In this document: in pieces, positions 1 to 9,604 of the stretch
How the letters are laid out: each line of letters begins with the position of its first letter
Numbering within the stretch: the stretch's first letter is position 1
Assembly: GCA_001179505.1 (NCBI GenBank)
Contig: CDMY01000522.1
Span: 1 to 58,728, forward strand
Direction: 5' to 3'
DNA: 58,728 nucleotides
DNA from: Vitrella brassicaformis CCMP3155
Lineage: Eukaryota; Protista; Chromerida
Position numbers and translations under genes: made by a program
Notes under the pieces: generated by a model
The model's database searches: none
What the model was told of the DNA's origin: nothing
What the model saw: only the letters and a program-made list of their open reading frames with translations

Positions 1-60
1 CTGACCATCATAGGGTGGCACGTGCGTGTCGAGTGGGTGGGTGGGTGGGTGGGATGGGGA

Positions 61-180
61 GACAGGCCGTGTGCATGCTTCTGTGCATGTGCATGCTGCT
101 AGTTTAGTGCGTGACCTGGACAGGACCCCCTCGGGGTTACAGACACGAGTCTCGTTAAACACAATAACCAACCAACCAAT
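61..180 (+). promoter_or_regulatory. Conserved ~120-bp upstream block, copy 1, ending 13 nt before the alpha-amylase ATG
   Basis: Aligns by eye with 7160-7274 (about 10 substitutions and 5 gap positions). Contains repeated (T)GCATG, GGGGTTACAG, the inverted repeat ACGAG-T-CTCGT and (ACCA)3. Regulatory role is inferred from position only. Confidence 0.6.
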
Positions 181-193
181 GCGGTTGTCCAGA

Positions 194-2090
194 ATGGTGC
201 GCTGCTGCATTACCACTCTGCTACTCATCGCGTCTGTCAGCGCAGCCCCTGTGGACGATTGGACCAGCCGGACGGTCATCTACCAGCTGCTCACTGACAG
301 GTAAGATGCTGATCCGTGGGGTGTGTGCGTGTTCATCTGTGTGGTGTGTGCCAGATTCGCTCTCGCCGACGGCCATGCTGACACATGCGACACCGGCAAC
401 TGCCCCTACGGCAACTACTGTGGCGGCACCTATGGCGGCATCATCGAGAGGCTCGACTACATTCAAGATCTTGGGATGAATGCCGTCTGGATATCGCCCA
501 TCCCTGCAAACCGACCGTGCGGATACCATGGCTACTGGGCCGTTGACTGGGACTGGACCAACGAGCACTTCGGTGACGCTGCTGACCTCAAGAACCTCAC
601 GGCCACGCTCCACAGCCACGGCATGCATGTGATGGTGGACATGGTGGCCAACCACAACGGGCCTGGAAAGGTGCCCGACGGCCATCCCTTCACAGAACAA
701 GACCACTACCACCCCCGGTGCACCATCGATTTCAGCAGCCAGCGGAGCATCGAGCGGTGCTGGCTGGTGGACCTGCCGGATCTCAACACGGAGAACGGCT
801 TTGTGAGCGACTACCTGGCAGACTGGGTGGTGCGGCAGGTGGACGAGTATGGCTTTGACGGCATCCGATATGACACTGTGCCTTATGTTCCGAAGTGGCA
901 TTGGAAGAGGGTCGCGGACAGGCTGGCCGGCGGCGGGCGCAACGGCACGTACACCCTGGGTGAGATCCTCATCGGCAACAGAGGGGCCGACTACCTGGCG
1001 GGCTATCAGTATGACGCACAGTACGGGCCTATTCTAGATGGCGTGAGCATCGAGCGTCATCCGCGCACTCTACACTCACTGATTGTCCCGTTTTGTTGTG
1101 TTTTGTTGTGTTGTGTTGTTGCAGCTTCTGAACTATCCCCTGTACTTTGCGCTGGTGAATTCCTTTGCGCGCGGCCAGTCGCTCTGGGGCCTCAGCAGCG
1201 CACTGCAGGAGACGTTTGGGACATACAGGTGTGTCAACCACACACACAGACGGCACACTGAAACGATGCTTCATAGAGGTGTGTATCCGTTTCCATGTTG
1301 TGCAGGCGTCCCGCTGCTTTGGGCAATTTCGTGGACAACCATGACGAGGGCAGGTTTCTGCAGATGAACCCGTCCCACGCCCTGTACATGAGCGCCCTCG
1401 CCGTCGTCATGGCAACGACTGGCGTGCCCATCGTCTACTATGGCTCGGAGCAGGGACTCACACAAGGTGATGGATTGATGGACACCAACACACACACACA
1501 CACACACACATGGATGTCGTGTGAACACATGTGCAGATCCTGACGGCAGCCGTGGTGCGGACAACCAGAAGCGCCAGCCGCTGTGGCGGACGGGCTACAA
1601 CAAGAGCCACCCCCTCTACCGCTTCATCAGCCGGCTGGCCCGCTTGCGCACTCAGGGCCTCTTCGACGGCACACAGCGAGAGCTCTGGGTCCTCAGCAAC
1701 ATATACCTTTTCACACGGTCAGTCAGATCAGACAGACGGGGACACAGGCAGAGAATGAATGACCATGCGGACGTCTGTGTTGTGTTGGGCTGTGTGTGCA
1801 GTGGTGAGCGCGTGTTGATAGTGACGTCCAACCTGGGCGACGGGCAGTCGCTCGACATCACTCTGCCGCCGAGCAACGTGCCCGACGCCTTCAGACGCGA
1901 CGGTGACATCACCGTATGCGACCTGCTGCTGGGAGATGGACAAGGGAGGGGCGAGGGCGATGGGTGTGTGCGCGTGGCCAATGTGAACCGCGATGGCCTC
2001 CACGTACACATAGATGGCGGCATGCCGCAGGTGCTGATGGTGGTCTCGTCGACGAGGCAAGCCCGGAGGATGCCCGTGCTCGCAAAGTGA
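194..2090 (+). CDS. Secreted alpha-amylase, GH13 (Taka-amylase/fungal GH13_1-like), 6 exons
   Basis: Exons 194-300, 355-1042, 1125-1228, 1306-1466, 1537-1717, 1802-2090 splice in frame via GT-AG introns. Signal peptide MVRCCITTLLLIASVSA; IYQLLTDRF; YHGYW; conserved regions I DMVANH, II GIRYDTV (nucleophile Asp), III GEIL (Glu), IV FVDNHD; DGLLNYPLY. Confidence 0.95.
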
Positions 2091-3076
2091 CACTCGTCAA
2101 GATGAATCAATCGCCCGAGTGGGATGGGATGAGGGGCTTTTCCTAGTCTGTCTGTCTGTAGTTTGGCGAGATTCTGTTGGTTGATGTTGGTCATTGGTGT
2201 GTGTTTTTGTGTGTGTGTTGTGGGAGACCAAGTGGGGTGCGCACGTGATGTGCTTAGGTTTTGTGCGTGTCTGGACGGACGGTGTCTGTTTATCTGTCTG
2301 TGAGTGAGCTTGTCCATCAAGCGTCCGTCATGAGTCCCTTCTGCTGAGGGTGCGCGTGTGCAGGCGATGATGGCACACACACGCACCCTCACACACGCAC
2401 ACACACACGCACACACACACACACACACACACTGCACACACAGGCCTTCCCACCCCTCCCTCGCTGCGCGGGCCCCCTGTTGACATGAGCCTGTGTATGA
2501 GTGTGTGTGTCTGTCTGCCACGCGCTGCAGCACACGCGCATTCACCAATTTCGCAAACCCTACGCATAACTAGGGTTTAAATGAGCACATCAGCCGCCGC
2601 CCCGCCCCCCTGCAATGGGAAAAAGCCCTAAAATCAGAGAGAGTTTACAGAAGCGAGCTTGAGTGGTGCTAGGGCTCGCTAACGGCCCATGCCCTCTCAC
2701 AAAATACAACAGCAGCAGAGAGGTTCACACACAGAGAGGCCACACACGAAGCGAGAAGCAGCCAGAAGGCCCCCCAGCTGACATCTCTCTCTGTCTGTGT
2801 CTGCTTGTCTTCAGGAAGATGCTGCCCATTCTCAGCGAATCGGCCATCCTGTGGGATGCCCTAGCAGAGTGTTTGTGGCTCATCCATGAAGGCCTATCTG
2901 TGAGCTGGAGAGACCCCCATGTGTTCTACAAAGCACTCTCCCAGGGTGGCTACCCTACCAAGGTTTCCAACAGAAGCCGCGCGACCCACACACACGTCCT
3001 CCCTCGCTGTCCTTGCTGATCCCGCATCCGCCAAAGTCAAGTCATCTCACACACACGCGGTGGTCAGCTTCTGTAG

Positions 3077-3861
3077 GGGTGAAGGCACCTCTGCTCTGGG
3101 CAATTTCGTGGACAACCATGACGAGGGCAGGTTTCTGCAGATGAACCCGTCCCACGCCCTCTACATGAACGCCCTCGCCCTCGTCATGGCCACGACCGGC
3201 GTGCCCATCGTCTACTATGGCTCGGAGCAGGGACTCACACAAGGTGATTGATTGATGGATTGACACCAACACACACACACATGGATGTCGTGTGAACACA
3301 TGTGCAGATCCTGACGGCAGCCGTGGTGCGGACAATCAGAAGCGCCAGCCGCTGTGGCGGACGGGCTACAGCAAGAGCCACCCCCTCTTCCTCTTCATCA
3401 GCCGGCTGGCCCGCCTGCGCACTCAGGGCCTCTTCGACGGCACACAGCGAGAGCTCTGGGTCCTCAGCAACATATACCTTTTCACACGGTCAGTCAGATC
3501 AGACAGACGGGGACGCAGGCAGAGAATGAATGACCATGCGGACGTCTGTGTTGTGTTGGGCTGTGTGTGCAGTGGTGAGCGCGTGTTGATAGTGACGTCC
3601 AACCTGGGCGACGGGCAGTCGCTCGACATCACTCTGCCGCCGAGCAACGTGCCTGACGCCTTCAGACGCGACGGCGACATCACCGTATGCGACCTGCTGC
3701 TGGGAGATGGACAAGGGAGGGGCGAGGGCGATGGGTGTGTGCGCGTGTCGAATGTGAACCGCGATGGCCTCAACGTACACATAGATGGCGGCATGCCGCA
3801 GGTACTGATGGTGGTCTCGTCGACGAGGCAAGCCCGGAGGATGCCCGTGCTCGCAAAGTGA
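3077..3861 (+). pseudogene. Partial tandem duplicate of the alpha-amylase 3' half (last three exons); truncated or chimeric
   Basis: 3091-4083 is a near-identical copy of 1314-2323, including introns, stop codon and 3' flank. It lacks regions I-III. A new acceptor (ctgtag, 3071-3076) precedes GEGTSALGNFVDNHD. Confidence 0.75.
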
Positions 3862-4479
3862 CACTCGTCAAGATGAATCAATCGCCCGAGTGGGATGGGA
3901 TGAGGGGCTTTTCCTAGTCTGTCTGTCTGTATGGCGAGATCCTGTTGGTTGATGTTGGTCATTGGTGTGTGTTTTTGTGTGTGTGTTGTTGGAGACCAAG
4001 TGGAGTCCACATGTGATGTGCTTAGGTTTTGTGCGTGTCTGGACGGACGGTTTTTTTCTGTGAGTGAGCTTGTCCATCAAGCGGACGAGTAGGTTGATTG
4101 CGGATCTGAAATGCTGTTGTGTGTCTCTCGCTATCGGTTGTACTCGTGACGGACGCGTCCCTTCTGGCGTGGCGTAACTTGGTCTGCTGGTGCGACTTCG
4201 CGCAGGGTCCAACTCCAAGTCAGTCAGGACGTGGAGTTGGGCCCTGCAGGAGGTACATGAGACAGAACCAAGCGGCACACATCTCACATCACCTGATGAC
4301 ACATCGATGCATTACATCCACCGATTCCCTTGCTGACATTCCCCGTGTGCATGCCTTCAACACACACATACACGCGGTCATTCTCTCTATCGACCAACGC
4401 ACGGGCGACGCAGACACCAACACTGACATGAACACCATCGCTCTCACTGTCTGCACAGTACACGGCACACGTCATGACG

Positions 4480-6281
4480 TCAGGACCGCTCGAATGCCTT
4501 GGCCGGCACACAGCTGATGGCAGCACTCTCGGGCGGGCAGGTGATTGACTCGTCGGGCTCGATGCCCTTGCCGTCGATGTTGGTCTGCGAGGGCGTCTCG
4601 TAGCGTGCCGTCGTCACCGCAAGGGCGCCCGCAGCACCGTTCTGGAGGGGCTGCACCAATCAGACAGACGGACCGACAGATGGAAGACGAGATGCCTCTG
4701 TGTGCCTTTGTCAGCGTATCTAGTACCCACCCACCTGCAGTGTCTGTACGACCCCCTTGCCGTACGTCTTTTCGCCCACCAGCACGCCCCGGCCGTTGTC
4801 CTTGATGGCGGCGGCAAATACCTCCGCAGCAGATGCCGTCAAGCCGTCAACCAACACGACCAGCGGCTGCTTGACCGCTGGACCTGCACACACAGATGCC
4901 CAGCCCACGTCATCAGTCGGTCGTGACTGTCTTCCAGCGTGTGTCTTGATGTCTCCCTCCCCCCACTCACCGTCTTGGACTGACGCGTAGTCGGTCTTGG
5001 CGCCCCTGTTACTGGCCACGGACACGACGGTCTTGCCGCTGGGCAGGAAGAGCCGTGCAGCCTCGATGCCGCCGGTTAATGAGCCGCCCTTGTTCTGCCT
5101 GATGTCGACCACCAGCCCCTGCACCCTGTCACGCTCAAACGAATCGAGAGCTGACCTCAGCTCCTGTCCCATGTTCTCTGACAGACAGACAGACAGACAG
5201 AGACAAATGCGTACGGTTCGCCGATCGTCGTGGTGTTGGTCTCACCGGAGAATCTTGCGATTCGCATGACGCCCACTTTCCGCCCATTCTTGGTCTCCAC
5301 TGAGCATGTGAGCTCACCGGCTTGCCCCTCCTCCCTCACGATCCTCACGGCCCTCTCGTCCCCTGCCGCCCCCTCCCTCACGCGAACCAACACAGTGCTT
5401 CCGATGGGGCCCTTGAGCATGCCCTCCGCCTCCTTGACGTCCTTGGCGCTCTCACCGTTGATCGACACCAATATGTCGCCAGCTTTGAGCCCTGCCCGGC
5501 CAGCGGGGGAGCTGGGCGGCACCGACGACAGAGTCAGCTGCGGCGGGTCTGCTGCGCTGGGTGATGATGGCGATGATGCTTTGACCGACGCACCGATGCC
5601 TGCGGCCCGGTCGCTGAAGGTGTTTAGCGCGGCTGAGTAGCGGTCCGGTGTGAGGAACTTAGTGTACTTGTCGTCTAGCTGCAGCAGGAGGGAGTTGATG
5701 GCGCTGTAGGCCTCGTCGCGGCTGGCGTAGGACGTGTCACGGACGTACTTCTGCCGAAGGGCGAACCTGAACAGAGAGAGGGAAGAATGACAGATAGCTG
5801 GACCAATGACAGCTGGGCTGCCTTGCCATACCAGTCCTTGGAATTGAAGCTTCGATCATAGAACAACCTGCACCAAGAGCAGAAAAGCCATACGCAGGGC
5901 ATTCGTCAGCGTCCCCTTCTCCCTCCTGTCTGACCTGTCGGTGACTCGCCATGCCTCAGCCACAATCTTCTGCTCCGCACTCAGCTTGGCGTCAGCGTCA
6001 AGGGGGGCACCCACCATGACCATGGCCAGCAGTAAAGGCATCATCAGGCCGCTCCACATCCATCGCACCGCCCCATCCCAGCTGTTTCCATGCAAGATCT
6101 CGTCGTCTGCCCGCCTTCTGCTGATGTTCTGAGGGATTGATGGAGGCGGTGGTGCCCTCGACGGCATGAGTGACTGTCGCTGCAGCCTTGTCGTGAGAGC
6201 GTTGATTGGTGCGGGGCGCTGGAATGCATTGCTCAGGGACAGCACCAGTAGGAAGAGCAGTCCATCAGTGAGAGGCTTCAT
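4480..6281 (-). CDS. ctpA: C-terminal processing peptidase (S41A, PSII D1-processing type) with PDZ domain; plastid/thylakoid-lumen targeted
   Basis: Spliced exons give EQKIVAEAWRVTDRLFYDRSFNSKDWFALRQ, LDDKYTKFL, PDZ SPAGRAGLKAGDILVSING, VDIRQNKGG, catalytic Ser in TASAAE, catalytic Lys in TYGKG, and AVTTARYETP...GIEPD. Stop at 4480-4482. Leader: signal peptide ending SNA|F, transit-like segment, second hydrophobic segment ending ADA|K. Confidence 0.93.
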
Positions 6282-7159
6282 GATGCTTCATCAGTGAGAG
6301 CAGACCATGGTTGCGCCCGCCGGAAAGATCTGCCCTCTCCAGTCTTCAAGGGTTTCATACCCTACTACAACCCACGAAAAACTCCATTTTCTCTCGGCAG
6401 TGCTTGGTGGTAGGGGTGAAGCGGCTGGTGATGTCTTGTCATTGGTGTGGTCTCTTCTATGCGGTAGCCTATCACGTGTCGTTGCCCGCCATGATGTCTT
6501 TTCTTTTGCGTGTGCATGGTTGCGCGTGTGGTTAGACTTCGGCGTGCCTCTCTGTTGCGACCATACTCATGCCATTTCAGCCAGTGCCGCATGTCTGTCT
6601 GTTTGCTCATTACCGCGGCGGGGCTCTCCCCTTTAGCTGCCTTCTGTCTTCCTCTGCCAGCCCAGCCAGGACTTCCTGTGCATGTGTCTGCCAAGTGCCT
6701 ATCGACTTAGATCACACCGTACTGCATCACAGTTAGTGCCCGCCCACAGCTCACTACCGTACAAGTAGACAGGCGCCACTGTGGCATCATACTCAGTGCT
6801 GTGTGAAGGGATGGAGTGCACCTTAGGTATCGTCTATCATATGTTGCAGGGTATCATGGCCTGCCTGGCTATTTCCTTCTCTCTCCCTCTGCTGTCTTCC
6901 TGTCTTCCTTCCCTATGGGTCCCGTGTGTATATGGTGGTGTATTCATGTGATTGGCTGATCGTTGCTTTGGTGGCTCAGAGAGCGCTCATTTTTCCACTT
7001 CCCCCTTCTGGCTTCTGTACACTTGCCATGGCTCTTGCTGGGCGACAGCGCCCGTTCTTGTGTATGTAGCCGGAATCGGTGTTTGTCAACGTTCTACAAG
7101 GCAGCCAGTGCTCTCTGCTGCCATCTGTTTGTCCGCCGGTGCCAGTGCAGGGAAGGGTA

Positions 7160-7274
7160 GACAGGCCGTGTGCATGCTTTGCATGTACATGCTGCTAGTT
7201 TAGTGCGTGAGACAACAGGATCCCTCCGGGGTTACAGACACGAGTCTCGTAAACACACTAACCAACCAACCAAT
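7160..7274 (+). promoter_or_regulatory. Conserved upstream block, copy 2, upstream of ankyrin-repeat gene
   Basis: Copy of 61-180. Followed by a short uORF (7305-7370), a plausible GT-AG 5'UTR intron (7372-7426) and the ATG at 7446. Confidence 0.6.
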
Positions 7275-7445
7275 CGGCGTTGCTTTCCATCTCACCTTCT
7301 ACTGATGGAGGTGTCGGTGCGCATCAGCATCAGCATCGGACCTGATGCGGCAGACTCACGTGGCCAGTGAGGTACGCAATGAGAGAAATTGCATGAAAAA
7401 CGGGATACTGTCTGTGTGTGATGCAGATGTGGCCCGAAGGCAGTA

Positions 7446-9215
7446 ATGAGTGGAGGCTCGACTGATGCATGTGTGCCCCGTGGCTGGGTCGGACGCAGCG
7501 CTGACATCAGATTCCCCGACGACACCAGTGATGCGACCAGGCAGCTGTCCGAGGGCATCCTCTCGCGCACCTTCACCCGAGCCCAGGAGGTGACCGACCT
7601 CATTCGACAGCGGGGAGCCGACCCCAATGTACTCCCTCGGCTGCGTGTGGAGGGGGAGAGGACAGACCCCATGGAGTACCCCCTGCTGTCCCTGTGCATC
7701 GACAACCTCACGGACAACAGCGTGCCGTCCATCTTCGCAGCAGACGGCAATGATGACTGTCCCGTCGCTCTGCCGCACTGGCCGTCACCCGACCTGCAGG
7801 AGGGCGTCATGCTGGCACTCATCGAAGGAGGCGCGGACATCAACGCCATCCCGACCCACGAGGACGGCCGTGACTGCCCGGCCGCCGCGCCCATCTGCGT
7901 GGCCATCAGAGCGTGCAATGAGAAGGCCTTCAGACTGCTGATGGCACAGGAGGGGCGACAGCTGGGGGGCCGTAAGGTGATGCGGGTGCCATGGACACTG
8001 GACACGGACCGGCCCACCGAGGACCACGAGGCCACCCTGCTGTCCTTCTACCAGCAGCTCATCGATCGCGACCCCACCCTCGCAACCGAGACTGATAGAG
8101 ATGATGGCGGCAAGCCGGTGCATTGGGTGGCCTGCGCCCCTCTCGTGTGGTCCCAGTCCTTTATCGACAGCTACCTCGACCTGTTGGTGGCCAATGGGGC
8201 AGACATGACGGCAGCGGACGACGATGGCGACACGCCACTGCACTGGGTGGGAGGGTGGGGGAACCACCGTGTAGCTGCCTCCCTGTGCCGCCGCCTCCCG
8301 TCTGCCGACATCAACAGAGGGAGGCCAAATGACCCCACCCTCACACCCCTCGGCATCGCTGCCGAATGGCTCCATGAGAACATTCAGCTGGAGGAGGACG
8401 ACACTGCGGACGAGACAGACAAGACAGAAGCCACCAACGAGATTCCCCACCTCAAGACCGCCATCCGTGTGCTGCTGTGGGCGGGTGCAGACATCGCCCG
8501 GCTGCCTATGGCCACCGAGCAGCAGCACCGTCGTCGGCAGCTGGTGTTGGCCGAGTACAAGTCGGTGCTCAACGAGCTGTCCGATGTGGTCATGGTTGCC
8601 ATCAACGCCGCCCTCGCCCCTCAGCGCGACTACTCGATGCTTCTGGCCCGTCTGCTGCCCCTGGCGCCCCACCACGATGGCCACGCCACCCACCCATCGC
8701 CCTCCAACCTCTCGTTCGGCCCACAGGAGGCGGAGGCCATCGGCTGGTACGTCGGGTCCTTCCTGCACGAGCCCTCGACAGCTATGGCGACCATCGATGA
8801 GTACCTGATGGGCGAATCGCTGCTCAGGCGCCGTGTGCGTGCTGCCGTGGCGCATTTCGTGAGGCGGGCTGCCACACGGACGAGCAGCAACCGGCAGGTG
8901 GTCGGGGGTAGCCGGCACGGGCAGCAGGACGGAGACGCGGAGAGCACCAATGTCGCGATGCCGCCCCTGCAGTGCTTCGCCGTTAATGGGGGCCTGCAGG
9001 GAGGCGGGCAGCATCGGCTGCTGGGTGTGCGTGAGGTGGTGCACAAGGCCCGGTTGGACGAGGCGGCTCGGCACGGCGTGGAGGGGGTGGTCAAGGGCTT
9101 CAACACCCACCTCGGCAATAGCGACTGCCAGTTCCAGTGGCAGCAGCTGGGGTACATCGACGGCAAGGGGCGCTTTGTGTCCCTTGCTGCCGAATTCCAG
9201 CCTTGCCATGATTGA
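7446..9215 (+). CDS. Ankyrin-repeat protein of a lineage-specific family; coding body intronless
   Basis: 589-aa ORF with ankyrin-type motifs GADMTAADDDGDTPLHW and INR...TPLGIAA. Collinear with the paralogue at 55896-57585 (N-terminal TxDAxRxLS; C-terminal LQCF...REVVHxARxDEAA...KGFNxHL..DCQFxWQQLG). Confidence 0.88.
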   Translation: MSGGSTDACVPRGWVGRSADIRFPDDTSDATRQLSEGILSRTFTRAQEVTDLIRQRGADPNVLPRLRVEGERTDPMEYPLLSLCIDNLTDNSVPSIFAADGNDDCPVALPHWPSPDLQEGVMLALIEGGADINAIPTHEDGRDCPAAAPICVAIRACNEKAFRLLMAQEGRQLGGRKVMRVPWTLDTDRPTEDHEATLLSFYQQLIDRDPTLATETDRDDGGKPVHWVACAPLVWSQSFIDSYLDLLVANGADMTAADDDGDTPLHWVGGWGNHRVAASLCRRLPSADINRGRPNDPTLTPLGIAAEWLHENIQLEEDDTADETDKTEATNEIPHLKTAIRVLLWAGADIARLPMATEQQHRRRQLVLAEYKSVLNELSDVVMVAINAALAPQRDYSMLLARLLPLAPHHDGHATHPSPSNLSFGPQEAEAIGWYVGSFLHEPSTAMATIDEYLMGESLLRRRVRAAVAHFVRRAATRTSSNRQVVGGSRHGQQDGDAESTNVAMPPLQCFAVNGGLQGGGQHRLLGVREVVHKARLDEAARHGVEGVVKGFNTHLGNSDCQFQWQQLGYIDGKGRFVSLAAEFQPCHD

Positions 9216-9604
9216 GTGAATGAGTAGAGGCGGGTTAGTGAGAGGCGGGGGCTTGTCGTGATGAATGAATTACATTGCCTTGTCACGTGCATCGACTTGA
9301 TAGACTTGTCTTCTTCTCTCCCTTCTCGTCTGTATTTTCTCACGAGTGCAGACTCATTTCGCGTGTGGGGGGTGTGGGGGTGTGGGCCATACGTGACGGA
9401 CCTGACAGACCGAACCTGTTCAGACGTTCACATTTATACGGACGGTGTCTGTCATACCATGAATCAATGTCCTTGGAGCTGCTACCTCATGCAATGCACA
9501 CACGCAGACAGGCACCGCATCAACAACAAACACCATCACGCATCACATCACACAGTCAGCCGGCCGGCCGGCCGGCCAGTCAGTTAAACTGACTATGTAT
9601 ATAT

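Noticed and set aside
7446-7462. ATGAGTGGAGGCTCGAC resembles ATGAGCTGGAGGCTCGAT at 57608-57591 in the paralogue
   Set aside because: The protein alignment places these segments at non-equivalent positions; probably coincidence.
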